Shown here: positions 35,865 through 45,014 of the stretch, piece by piece | Layout: every line of letters starts with the position of its first letter | Numbering within the stretch: the first letter of the stretch is position 1 | Origin: an uncultured Acidobacteriota bacterium | GTDB lineage: Bacteria; Acidobacteriota; Thermoanaerobaculia; Multivoradales; UBA5704 | Length of the DNA stretch: 64,000 nt | Assembly: GCA_963700145.1 (NCBI GenBank) | Contig: OY969474.1 | Span: forward strand, 640,001 to 704,000 | Direction of reading: 5' to 3' | Position numbers and translations under genes: made by a program | Notes under the pieces: model-generated | What the model saw: the letters and a program-made list of their open reading frames with translations, nothing else | Told to the model about the DNA's origin: nothing | The model's database searches: none

Positions 35865-36521
35865 ATGCGGGTGCTCATCGCCGACGACCATGCCCTCTTC
35901 CGCGACAGCCTGAAGAGCCTCCTCACCGCCCGCGGCCACGAGGTCGTGGCGGAGGCGAAGAACGGGCGCGAGGCGGTCGAGCTGGCGCAGCGCGTGCGCC
36001 CCGACGTCGTCCTCATGGACCTCATGATGCCGGAGCTCGACGGCCTTGCCGCCACGCGGCTGATCAGCGCCGACCTGCCGGACGTCAAGGTCGTCGTCCT
36101 CACCGCCTCCGACGACGACGCCAACCTCTTCGAGGCGATCAAGTCCGGCGCCCAGGGCTACCTGCTCAAGAACCTGGAGTCCGGCGAGTTCTTCGCGCTG
36201 CTCGAGGCGGTGGGGGAGGGGGAGCCGGCGCTGACCCCGGCGCTGGCACGCAAGCTCCTCACCGAGTTCGCCAAGCCCAGCCAGGCCCCCAAGACCGCGC
36301 CGGACCCCGACGCCCTGACCGACCGCGAGCAGAGCGTCCTCGAGCTGCTGGTGCAGGGGGTGACCTCGAACCGGCGCCTCGCCACGCAGCTCGGCGTCAG
36401 CGAGAACACCGTCAAGTTCCACGTCCGCAACATCCTCGACAAGCTGCACCTGCACAACCGCGCGCAGGTCGTCGCCTTCGCCCTGCGCAACCGGCTCGCC
36501 GGCCCCGGCGCCAAGCCGTAG
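35865..36521 (+). CDS. NarL/DosR-family response regulator
   Basis: LIADDH, DVVLMD, GAQGYLLK, LTDREQSVL...SENTVKFHVRNILDKL. Confidence 0.93.
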   Translation: MRVLIADDHALFRDSLKSLLTARGHEVVAEAKNGREAVELAQRVRPDVVLMDLMMPELDGLAATRLISADLPDVKVVVLTASDDDANLFEAIKSGAQGYLLKNLESGEFFALLEAVGEGEPALTPALARKLLTEFAKPSQAPKTAPDPDALTDREQSVLELLVQGVTSNRRLATQLGVSENTVKFHVRNILDKLHLHNRAQVVAFALRNRLAGPGAKP

Positions 36522-36527
36522 CGATTC

Positions 36528-36590
36528 CTACCCTCCCGGGTGGGACCGCTCCCCACCCGCCGGCGCGCGCCGCTCCGCCCCTCGGGGTGT
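36528..36590. promoter_or_regulatory. Putative response-regulator sites upstream of the CBS operon
   Basis: CTACCCTCCCGGGTGG (36528), CCGCCCCTCGGGGTGT (36575). Confidence 0.55.
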
Positions 36591-36644
36591 CGGCGCCGGC
36601 GCCGTTGCAGGCGAGAGTGCCGTCCAACCACGGAGGCCCCCGCC

Positions 36645-37100
36645 ATGCACGACTTGCGCGTTCGCGACCTGATGAGCCCCGGAGTCATCGCCGTCGGCCC
36701 CGAGGAGAGCCTCGCCAAGGCCCACGAGCTGATGCTGGAGCACCGCATCCGGCACCTCCTCGTGGTCGACGCCGACGGCGACCTCGTCGGCCTCCTCACC
36801 CACCGCGACCTGCTCCGCCACTCGCTGATCGAGCAGGTGGCGCTGCCGCCGAGCTTCGCCCGCAGCGTCCTGCGGCGGATCCGCGTCGAGGAGGCGATGA
36901 CCTCGGAGGTGGAGACCGCCGACCCCGACCAGTTCCTGGGCGAGGCCGCGGTCACCATGTTCGACAACAAGTACGGCTGCCTGCCGGTGGTCGAAGGCGC
37001 GCGGCCGGTCGGCATCCTCACCGAGGCGGACTTCGTCCGCTTCTTCGCGCTGTCGCGTCGGCGGCCGGTGCTCGCCCTGGTGGGAGGTTGGCGGGCGTGA
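36645..37100 (+). CDS. CBS-pair protein (AcuB/Hrp1-like)
   Basis: VRDLMS...HRIRHLLVVD...GLLTHRDL...GCLPVV...GILTEADF. Confidence 0.9.
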   Translation: MHDLRVRDLMSPGVIAVGPEESLAKAHELMLEHRIRHLLVVDADGDLVGLLTHRDLLRHSLIEQVALPPSFARSVLRRIRVEEAMTSEVETADPDQFLGEAAVTMFDNKYGCLPVVEGARPVGILTEADFVRFFALSRRRPVLALVGGWRA

Positions 37101-38332
37101 GCGCCGCGCCGGCGCTGCTCAAGCTCGACCTCTACTGCCGCGGGCTCCGCCTGGACGACTCCTGCTTTCTCGAGCGGGACGGCGGCCGGCAGATCCTGCG
37201 CACCCGCGCCGGCCTGGGGAGCGGCCTCGAGCTCGTCCTCCCCGGCGGCCTCTGGACCAACGTCCCGGTGAGCGAGCGCTTCGCCACCCGCTCCCCCTAC
37301 ACGCTGCACCGCGCCGACGGCCGCTACCGGCTGCGCCGGGACGGCGAGGACGTAGCGCCGGTCGAGCTGGCGCCGCGCCCCGGCTGGTACGAGCGGACGA
37401 CGGCGAGCGGCAAGCCGATGACCCGAATCGGCACGCTCCAGGGCACTTACCTGGGCATCTACCAGGCCAAGGTCTGCGAGTACTGGACGCAGAAGCCGCA
37501 GCGGGTCAACTGCAAGTTCTGCTCGGTGGGCTTGAACCTCGGCCTCGACGACGCCGACGAGAAGTCGGTGGCCGAGGTGCTGGAGGTAGTGCAGGCGGCG
37601 CGCGACGAGTCGGGGATCACCTACGTCGACTTCAACACCGGCCACTACGACGGCGACACCTACCTCGACCTGCTGGAGCCCTACATCCGGCGCATCAAGA
37701 GCGAGCTGGGCTTGCTGGTGGGCGTGCAGACGCCGCCGCACCGCGACCTCGAGCGCTACCGCGCCCTGCGCGCGATGGGGGTCAACCGCGTTTCCTTCTG
37801 CTTCGAGATCTGGGACCACCAGCTCTTCCGCACGATCTGCCCGGGCAAGGACGCCGAGTACGGCCTCGACCACTACCTGGAGGCGATCCGCTACTGCGCC
37901 GCGCTCGGCCGCACCGGGCCGCGCGACGAGCCCTGGGTGACCAATGGCGAGATCATCGCCGGCCTCGAGCCGCCGGCATCGTCGATCGCGGCGATCGACT
38001 GGATCACCGCGGTCGGCGCCATCCCCACGGTCTGCGTCTTCCGGCCGCTCACCGGCACCGACCTCGAGAACGCCGAGCCGCCGCGCACCGAAGACCTGGT
38101 GCCGGTCTTCCGCCGCCTCTACGAAGCCTGCATGGAGCGCGGCCTGCCGATCGGCTGCGCGCCGAACGTCCACGTCAGCCTGGTGCTGCTGCCGGAGGAG
38201 TGCCGCGGCCTCTCGCCGCGCCGCTACCCGCTGCAGAGCCTGAAGCTCAAGACCATGGCCGCGGTCTTCGCCCGCCGCTTCGAGCGGCGGTGCGCGGCGC
38301 GCGCCGACACCGGCCGCGCTGCCGCGGCCTGA
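37097..38332 (+). CDS. Radical SAM enzyme with CX11CX2C motif
   Basis: CEYWTQKPQRVNCKFC; GEIIAGLEP; VCVFRPLTGT; GTGA overlap with the CBS gene. Confidence 0.8.
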   Translation: MSAAPALLKLDLYCRGLRLDDSCFLERDGGRQILRTRAGLGSGLELVLPGGLWTNVPVSERFATRSPYTLHRADGRYRLRRDGEDVAPVELAPRPGWYERTTASGKPMTRIGTLQGTYLGIYQAKVCEYWTQKPQRVNCKFCSVGLNLGLDDADEKSVAEVLEVVQAARDESGITYVDFNTGHYDGDTYLDLLEPYIRRIKSELGLLVGVQTPPHRDLERYRALRAMGVNRVSFCFEIWDHQLFRTICPGKDAEYGLDHYLEAIRYCAALGRTGPRDEPWVTNGEIIAGLEPPASSIAAIDWITAVGAIPTVCVFRPLTGTDLENAEPPRTEDLVPVFRRLYEACMERGLPIGCAPNVHVSLVLLPEECRGLSPRRYPLQSLKLKTMAAVFARRFERRCAARADTGRAAAA

Positions 38333-38356
38333 GGACAAGGGTCCGAGGCGGAGGTG

Positions 38357-38394
38357 AGTTCCGCAAGTCCTGCAGGATGAAGCTGTCGATCGTG
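38357..38394. repeat. 38-bp copy of an internal segment of the porin gene (40408-40445)
   Basis: AGTTCCGCA(A/G)GTCCTGCAGGATGAAGCTGTCGATCGTG, 37/38 identical, same orientation. Confidence 0.85.
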
Positions 38395-38430
38395 CAAGAG
38401 CAGATTTGCTCCCGGTGCGCCGACTCCGCC

Positions 38431-39978
38431 ATGCTGAGGCACCCGGAGCCGTCCCGCTTGATCCCCTCACCGCCTTCCGACCACGCGCTTTCCCTCGAGC
38501 GCGAGATCGCGGCCTTCGAGGCGCTCAAGCCACGGCTCCTCGAAGTCTGGGACGCGCTCACCCTTCGCGACCACGCGGAGCACACGTCGGTGGTGGTGCC
38601 CTCCCTGACGCTCGACCAGGAGGATCTGCAGAACCTCGCCGGCGCCAGCTACTACGAGGAGCGGTTGCTCTTCCTGTTGATCCGCCTGCGCAACCCCCGG
38701 GCCCGGGTCGTCTACGTCACGTCCCAGCCGATCCATCCCGACGTCCTCGAGTACTACCTCCAACTCCTCGCCGGCATCCCGGCCAGCCATGCCCGCGCGC
38801 GGCTGACCCTGCTCTGCGCGCACGACGCCTCGCCCCGCTCGCTCACCGAGAAGGTCCTCGAGCGCCCCCGCTTGATCGAGCGGATCCGGCGGGGGATACC
38901 CGACTGCTCGCGCGCCTATCTGACGGTCTTCAACTCGACACCGCTTGAGCGGCGGCTGGCGGTGCTGCTCGGCATTCCGCTCAACGGCTGCGATCCGGCG
39001 CTCGCCCACCTCGGCTCGAAGTCCGGTTCGCGCCGGGTGTTTCGCCGGGCGGGGGTATCCCTGCCGGCGGGGTTCGAGGACCTCCACGACCGCAGCGAGA
39101 TCGAGGAGGCGCTCGCGGCGCTCGGCCGCGAGCGGCCGGGGCTCCGGCGAGCCGTGCTGAAGCTGGACGACAGCTTCTCCGGGAAGGGGAACGCGCTCGT
39201 GCGCCTGCCGGCGGCAGGGGGTCGCGACGCGCTGCGGCGGGCCGTCGACCGGCTCGAATTCACCGTCCCGGGCGAGAGCAGCGATGACTACTTCACGAAG
39301 TTCTCGCGGATGGGCGGCGTCGCCGAAGAATTCATCGAGGGCCTGGACAAGACGGCGCCGAGTGCGCAACTGCGCATCGATCCGCGCGGCGAGGTCGTGC
39401 CGCTCTCGACACACGACCAGGTGATGGGCGGGCCCGGCGGCCAGGTCTTCCTCGGCTGCACGTTCCCGGCACGTGACGAATACCGCGGTGCCGTGCAGGA
39501 CGCGGCTGCCAAGATCGGCACGGTCCTCAGCGCCGAGGGCGTGGTGAGCCGCTTCGGCGTTGACTTCCTCGCCTGGCGCGAAGCCGCCTCACCCGCCTGG
39601 CGCCTGGCGGCGCTCGAGATCAACTTGCGCATGGGCGGGACCACGCATCCGTTTCTGGCGCTCCAGTTCCTCACCGGCGGCGCGGTCGACCCGGCGACCG
39701 GCGTCTTCTACGCGCCGAGCGGCAAGCCGAAGTTCTACCGGGCGACGGACAACCTGGAGAGCCCCAGGTACCGCGGGCTGCTGCCCGAGGACCTCATCGA
39801 CATCCTGACGATGAACGGGCTGCACTACGACTACGCCTCGGAGTCCGGCGCGCTCTTCCACCTGCTCGGCGCGACCTCCGAGTTCGGCAAGCTCGGCATG
39901 GTCGCCATCGCCAGCTCGCGCGGGGAGGCGGATGCCGTCTACGAGCAGGCGCTCGCGGTCCTCGACCGCGAGGCCTAA
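38431..39978 (+). CDS. PGM1-related peptide-ligase-type ATP-grasp protein
   Basis: VVVPSLTLD, YEERLLFLL, GSKSGSR, LSTHDQV.GG, EINLRMGGTTHPF; start 38377 or 38431. Confidence 0.8.
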   Translation: MLRHPEPSRLIPSPPSDHALSLEREIAAFEALKPRLLEVWDALTLRDHAEHTSVVVPSLTLDQEDLQNLAGASYYEERLLFLLIRLRNPRARVVYVTSQPIHPDVLEYYLQLLAGIPASHARARLTLLCAHDASPRSLTEKVLERPRLIERIRRGIPDCSRAYLTVFNSTPLERRLAVLLGIPLNGCDPALAHLGSKSGSRRVFRRAGVSLPAGFEDLHDRSEIEEALAALGRERPGLRRAVLKLDDSFSGKGNALVRLPAAGGRDALRRAVDRLEFTVPGESSDDYFTKFSRMGGVAEEFIEGLDKTAPSAQLRIDPRGEVVPLSTHDQVMGGPGGQVFLGCTFPARDEYRGAVQDAAAKIGTVLSAEGVVSRFGVDFLAWREAASPAWRLAALEINLRMGGTTHPFLALQFLTGGAVDPATGVFYAPSGKPKFYRATDNLESPRYRGLLPEDLIDILTMNGLHYDYASESGALFHLLGATSEFGKLGMVAIASSRGEADAVYEQALAVLDREA

Positions 39979-40314
39979 CGGTCCCGCCGCACCTCGCGGT
40001 CGACGCGGTCGACGAAGCGGCACCAGCCAGACCGGCACTGCGGCCAGCGGCAGCAGGACGGCGAAGACCAGCCGGTCCCCGAAGCGGTCGGCCAGCATGC
40101 CGGCCGGGAGGCGCCCGACCGCGCCCAGGAGGACGGGCAGGGCGACGAGCAGGGCGGTGCGCGTGGCGCTGAGCGCGAAGAGCTCGCGGAAGCGCGGCGC
40201 GAAGGCGCCGATCAACCCCCAGGCGGCGAAGGAGACGGCGAACGAAACGGTGGCGAGGGCGAGATGGCGGACCGAGGACGAGGCCGGCTGGGTGGCGGCG
40301 GCGGTCGACGTTAC
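39975..40314 (-). pseudogene. Collapsed second copy of the nitrate reductase operon (narK 5-prime end fused to the last codons of the DUF6755-like gene)
   Basis: 40018-40314 closely matches 34111-34404; 39975-40017 matches 28564-28606 (FVDRVDREVRRDR*); GTG start changed to GTA. Confidence 0.88.
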
Positions 40315-40321
40315 GGCACCG

Positions 40322-42613
40322 TCAGAAGGCCAGTGTCAGGTCGAGCATGAAGATGTCGGCCTGGTAGTCGCCGTTGTCGGCATTGAGCAGCAGCGCGCCC
40401 GGCAGGTAGTTCCGCAGGTCCTGCAGGATGAAGCTGTCGATCGTGTAGTCCTCGTGGCGGTAGGTGAACCCCGCCTCGGCGCTCTCGGCGATGCGGTAGT
40501 CGAGCCGGCCCTGGAGGGCGAAGAGCTCGATGTCCTCGTAGTTGGGCAGGTCGATCGGCGCCGTGCGCGTGCCGAGCGGCAGGCCGCCGGGGACGGCGAA
40601 GAAGTCGGCGAAGCCGTCGGATTCCGTCCAGTTCCCCGAGACGTCCGCCGTCCAGCCTTCGGCGAAGCGGCTGGTCAGGCCGAGGCCCCAGGTGTCGTTG
40701 ACCTCGTCGAAGTCGATCGACCAGTCGTCGATCGGCCGCGTCGAGGGGGCGGCGCCCGACTGCCGGCCGCGCTGGGAGACGTCGCGGTCGGCGCGGTGGC
40801 CGAAGAGGTAGAAGTTGAGCTTCTCGCCCGGCGCGTAGGAGACCTCGGCGTTGTACTGGATCACCTCGTCGGCGAGGAGGCCGTGCGCGCTCTCGTCGTA
40901 CTCCTCGTCGCGGCCGGTGACGCCCGCGGTGAAGGTCCAGGCGTCGGTGGGGTAGAAGTCGGCCAGGAGCCGCCACTGGTCGTACTCCCGCGCCGCCTGC
41001 GCGTACTTGCGCAGCCCGGGCTGGTTGTTGGCCCCTGCGGGGTCGCCGAAGCTCGCCTCCTGCGCCTCGACGTCGTAGCCGTCGATCGAGCGGTCGGCGA
41101 TCTCGTAGCTCGCCCGGAGGTTGAGGCGGCGGGTCGGCCGGGTGTCGAAGCTCAGGGTCACGACGTCCTCGTCGGAGCCCTCCACCTCGCGGAACTCGCG
41201 GTCCCAGGTCTGGCGCCGGTAGGCCAGCCCCAGGCTGCTGTCGCGGAAGACCTCCCAGTCGAGGTCGAAGCCGAGGTCCTGGCGGGTGTAGGCATAGGGC
41301 ACGGTGACGCGCGGGATCTCCTCCCAGACCGAGTGGAAGCGGACGTAGCCGGGGAACTCGATCCGCGGCGAGCGGTTGTCGTAGTCGTAGTAGCGGTAGC
41401 GGAAGACCAGCGACACGTCCTCGCCGACGCGCGTGCCGACGTCGCCGTTGAGCGCCAGCACCTGCACCTCGGTGTCGGCGTTGCGCACCGGCAGGTTGGC
41501 GGGGTCCGTGGCGTCGAAGGTGGCGTGGGTTTGCAGGTCGACGCCGCGGATCGCGCTGTTGAGGGTGTAGGGCAGCAGCGGCTCGTCCTGGGTCATGAGG
41601 TTGTACGAGGCGCTGCCGCTCGCCCACCAGTCCCCGGCGAAGCGGGCGCGGCCGTCGGCGAAGACCACGCTCGAGCGGTTGTCGGGCGACAGGTCGGCGA
41701 AGCCGCGGGCGGCGCCGTTGATCGACGAGCTGCTCGGCGACTGGTAGGCGTTGGCGTCCGTCGAGTCGGTCGCCCGGAACGGGTTGTCCCAGAAGAGAGT
41801 GCTGACGTCGTTCTGGAAGGTCGAGTGGCGGACGCCGAAACGCGCCCCGCCGCGCTCGCCCTTCCACTCGCCGGCCAGCTCGGCCCCGGTGGTGTCGTAC
41901 TCGATCGGCTCCGGCAGCTCGGTGACGTTGTTGAAGCCGAACGAGGCGCCGTAAGGGCGGTTGCCGCTGCGGTTCTCGTGCGTGTACTCGATCCCCCAGG
42001 CGAGCCGCCCCATCTTGCCGAGGTCGAGCCGCGCCGCCGTGCGGTCGCGCCGCAGGCCCAGGCTCACCTCCTGCTCGGCGGCGAGGTAAGGAGCCAGCAC
42101 CTGGTCGAGAAAGGCGAAGGTGACGCCGGTGCGGTTGGCGGTGAACTGCTGCTGCACGGCGCCCTGGATCGCCGCCTGCACCGGGTCGGCGATCTCGTAG
42201 ACGCCGGGGCCGGTCCGGCTCCAGAGCATGCGGCCGCCGTTGCCGAAGCGGTGGGGGATCTTGTTGTAGTCGAGCCGCAGCTCGTAGCGTCCGGAGAGGC
42301 CGTAGGCGAGGGTGTAGCGGGCGTCCTCGCGGCCGATGCGGGCGGCGGCGAAGTCGAAGGTGCGGTTGTGGTCGGCGCTCTCGCCCTCGACGTCGAGGGA
42401 GGCGAGGAAGCCGCTGCCGAGGTCGCGGTACTCCTCGAACTTGGCCGAGTCGGTGTCGACGTCGGTCTCGAGCACGGCGAAGACGAGCGGATCGACGCGG
42501 AAGGTGAACCCCTGCGCCGCGGCGTCCTGGGCCGCGGCCGGCGCGGCGGCGGCGAGGCAGAAGAACCCGGCGAGGACGGCGGCGGCCTGCGACTTGATCG
42601 TGCGGGCGTCCAT
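40322..42613 (-). CDS. MtrB/PioB-family outer-membrane beta-barrel
   Basis: Signal peptide; SAKFEEYRD, LPEPIEYDT, LFWDNPF; C-terminal Phe; adjacent to a decahaem cytochrome. Confidence 0.88.
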   Translation of the reverse strand: MDARTIKSQAAAVLAGFFCLAAAAPAAAQDAAAQGFTFRVDPLVFAVLETDVDTDSAKFEEYRDLGSGFLASLDVEGESADHNRTFDFAAARIGREDARYTLAYGLSGRYELRLDYNKIPHRFGNGGRMLWSRTGPGVYEIADPVQAAIQGAVQQQFTANRTGVTFAFLDQVLAPYLAAEQEVSLGLRRDRTAARLDLGKMGRLAWGIEYTHENRSGNRPYGASFGFNNVTELPEPIEYDTTGAELAGEWKGERGGARFGVRHSTFQNDVSTLFWDNPFRATDSTDANAYQSPSSSSINGAARGFADLSPDNRSSVVFADGRARFAGDWWASGSASYNLMTQDEPLLPYTLNSAIRGVDLQTHATFDATDPANLPVRNADTEVQVLALNGDVGTRVGEDVSLVFRYRYYDYDNRSPRIEFPGYVRFHSVWEEIPRVTVPYAYTRQDLGFDLDWEVFRDSSLGLAYRRQTWDREFREVEGSDEDVVTLSFDTRPTRRLNLRASYEIADRSIDGYDVEAQEASFGDPAGANNQPGLRKYAQAAREYDQWRLLADFYPTDAWTFTAGVTGRDEEYDESAHGLLADEVIQYNAEVSYAPGEKLNFYLFGHRADRDVSQRGRQSGAAPSTRPIDDWSIDFDEVNDTWGLGLTSRFAEGWTADVSGNWTESDGFADFFAVPGGLPLGTRTAPIDLPNYEDIELFALQGRLDYRIAESAEAGFTYRHEDYTIDSFILQDLRNYLPGALLLNADNGDYQADIFMLDLTLAF

Positions 42614-42626
42614 GACGTCCTCCCCC

Positions 42627-43583
42627 CTAGTGCGCCAGGTACGGCGCGGACGGGTGGTTGCTGCCGTGGATCGCGGCGTGGCAGTCCAGGCAGGCCCGGT
42701 TGAAGACGCGGTTGCTGCCGCGCGCCGGGTCCTCGAGGGTCGGCACGCGCAGGCCGTCGTAGAGGGTCCCGGGGTGGCGGGTGTTGGCGTGGCACTGCTG
42801 GCACAGGTACGGCACCGACGTCTTCTGCAGCTTCAAGTGGTTCGAGCCGTGCGGCGTGTGGCAGTTGAGGCAGCTCTCGCGCACCGGCGGGTGGTCCCAG
42901 AGGAACGGCCCGCGCTTCTCGGTGTGGCAGGAGTAGCACTGGTCGTTGACCGAGGCGGCGCGGATCAGCTTCGGGGTCGAGGCGCCGTGCGGGTTGTGGC
43001 AGTCGGAGCAGGAGATCTTCCCCTCGCGGATCGGGTGGTGGGAGTTCTTCCAGGTCTCGGCGCGGACGTCCTTGTGACAGGCGAAGCACTGCTCGGCGAC
43101 GGTGGCCGTCTTGAGCTGCGCCTGCTCGGTCTTGGGCGCATGGACGCTGTGGCAGGAGATGCAGGAGAGGCCGCGCATCTGATGGCGGCTGCCCTGCCAG
43201 AACATCTGCTGGCCGCCGTCGTGGCAGGTGCGGCAGACCGCGACCTGCGCCGGGACGCTCAGGCGGTCCACGCGGGGGTGGAGCGCCGGGTCGTCCGGGT
43301 TCTCGGCGTGCGCGGCGCCCGGGCCGTGGCAGGTCTCGCACCCCAGGTCCGAGAGGCGCGCGAACGCGGCCTTGCCGTGAGGCGTGCCGGCGAGGTGCGT
43401 GGCTTCGGCGTCGTGGCAGGCGGCGCAGGTCTCGGCGCCGGCGTAACCCGGCGCCGCCGCCGCGTGCGCGGGCGCCAGTGGCGGCTCGGGGGGTTCCTGC
43501 TGCCGGGGGGCGGCGCTGCTGCCGGAAGCGGCAGCGAGGAGCGCGCCGGCGGCGACCGGGACCAACAGGTAGGGAAGCCTCAT
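42627..43583 (-). CDS. DmsE/MtrA/MtoA-family periplasmic decahaem cytochrome c
   Basis: Ten CxxCH motifs (CAACH, CETCH, CRTCH, CISCH, CFACH, CSDCH, CYSCH, CLNCH, CQQCH, CLDCH); EKRGPFLWDH; IHGSNHPS. Confidence 0.93.
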   Translation of the reverse strand: MRLPYLLVPVAAGALLAAASGSSAAPRQQEPPEPPLAPAHAAAAPGYAGAETCAACHDAEATHLAGTPHGKAAFARLSDLGCETCHGPGAAHAENPDDPALHPRVDRLSVPAQVAVCRTCHDGGQQMFWQGSRHQMRGLSCISCHSVHAPKTEQAQLKTATVAEQCFACHKDVRAETWKNSHHPIREGKISCSDCHNPHGASTPKLIRAASVNDQCYSCHTEKRGPFLWDHPPVRESCLNCHTPHGSNHLKLQKTSVPYLCQQCHANTRHPGTLYDGLRVPTLEDPARGSNRVFNRACLDCHAAIHGSNHPSAPYLAH

Positions 43584-43660
43584 CGGGCCCTCCTCCCGCT
43601 TCGCGGGTCGGACGTCCAAGAACGACGAGACCATCTTTCGCGCCGCCGGGCTCGCGCGCC

Positions 43661-43701
43661 ACGACTCCCGGGGTAGTTTCCTTCCCTACCCGCCAGGGTG
43701 G
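43661..43701. promoter_or_regulatory. Putative response-regulator sites in the divergent cytochrome promoter
   Basis: CTACCCGCCAGGGTGG (43686) and a GGGGTAG half-site 25 bp upstream. Confidence 0.55.
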
Positions 43702-43770
43702 GATCGAGACCGAGCAGTTGGTTCTAGAATAGCTCCAAACGGATCGATTGCAACCGCGAAAGGGGCGACC

Positions 43771-44130
43771 ATGAAAGCCACCCTCGTCCTCGCCGGCGCC
43801 GTCTCGGCGCTGCTCCTGGCCTTCGCCCTCTCGACGCCCGCGACGGCCGCCGCCCAGGCCAAGCTCGACGGCAAGGCGATCTTCCTGGCCCAGAAGTGCA
43901 GCCTCTGCCACGACGTCTCGTCGGCGGCCATCACCGCGACGGTGAAGTCGGCGGCGATGAAGGGCCCCGACCTGACGGGCAAGGCGAGCAAGCGCGACGC
44001 GACGCTGCTCAACAACTACCTGCGCAAGAAGGCCGACATCAACGGCAAGAAGCACAAGAAGGAGTTCAGCGGCAGCGACGAGGAGATCGGCGCCCTGATC
44101 GCGTGGCTGCAGGCGCAGGAGAAGAAGTAA
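43771..44130 (+). CDS. Periplasmic monohaem cytochrome c
   Basis: Signal peptide; CSLCH; GPDL; Lys-rich. Confidence 0.88.
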   Translation: MKATLVLAGAVSALLLAFALSTPATAAAQAKLDGKAIFLAQKCSLCHDVSSAAITATVKSAAMKGPDLTGKASKRDATLLNNYLRKKADINGKKHKKEFSGSDEEIGALIAWLQAQEKK

Positions 44131-44140
44131 GGCCGCGGGC

Positions 44141-44755
44141 ATGCCCTTCTTCGCGGAAGTCCTCGCGGTCTTTACTCTGGTCACCATCGCCCTGGCGGCG
44201 CTGGTAGCCCTCCGTCCGGCGCTGACGGCGGCGCGCGGCGGCAAGGTCCTGGCCTTCCTCGCCCTGCTGGTGCTGCCGCTGGCGATGACGGCCCTCGGGG
44301 TGTCGGCGCACGTGGAGCGCTCCAAGTCGACGGAGTTCTGCCTCTCCTGCCACGTCATGGAGCCGTACGGCAAGAGCCTGCGGGTGGACGACGCCAGCTT
44401 CGTGCCGGCCAGCCACTACCAGAACAACCGTGTGCCGCGCGACAAGGCCTGTTTCACCTGCCACACCGACTACACGATGTTCGGCGACGCCAAGGCGAAG
44501 CTGCGCGGCCTGCGGCACGTCTACGTGTACTACCTGGCCGGGGCGCCGGAGAAGATCGCGCTCTACGAGCCGTACAACAACCGCGAGTGCCTGCACTGCC
44601 ATGCCGGCGCGAGGAGCTTCGAGGAGAGCGAGCTGCACGTGGAGATCCGCGACGAGCTACGCACGAGCCAGACCTCCTGCCTGGAGTGCCACGACATGGT
44701 CCACGAGGTGGACCAGCTCGCCGGCAAGCCGTTGTGGAAGGTGGCCCGCCGGTGA
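44141..44755 (+). CDS. NapC/NirT/CymA-family membrane tetrahaem cytochrome c
   Basis: Two TM; STEFCLSCHVM, CFTCH, CLHCH, CLECH. Confidence 0.9.
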   Translation: MPFFAEVLAVFTLVTIALAALVALRPALTAARGGKVLAFLALLVLPLAMTALGVSAHVERSKSTEFCLSCHVMEPYGKSLRVDDASFVPASHYQNNRVPRDKACFTCHTDYTMFGDAKAKLRGLRHVYVYYLAGAPEKIALYEPYNNRECLHCHAGARSFEESELHVEIRDELRTSQTSCLECHDMVHEVDQLAGKPLWKVARR

Positions 44756-44958
44756 CCGCCGCCGAGTCGCTGCTCGCGCGCCGCTTCAAGATCGCCGCGG
44801 TGCTGGTGTCGGTCGGCCTGGCGATCGAGGCGCTGACCCTCTTCTGGGCCCACCCCACGGCCTTCCTCGCCTTTCTCCTGATCGGCGGCACCCTCGTCGC
44901 CGCCGGCGTGCTCCTCTACCTCTACTCGATCGTCAGCTACACGACCCCGCCGCGGTAG
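44752..44958 (+). CDS. Small two-TM membrane protein
   Basis: GTGA overlap; GLAIEALTLFWAHPTAFLAF. Confidence 0.65.
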   Translation: MTAAESLLARRFKIAAVLVSVGLAIEALTLFWAHPTAFLAFLLIGGTLVAAGVLLYLYSIVSYTTPPR

Positions 44959-45014
44959 GCGGCGCCGAGCGCTCGGGCCGCGTCGCGAGCTAGTGCTCGC
45001 CGCCCGCCGCCGAG

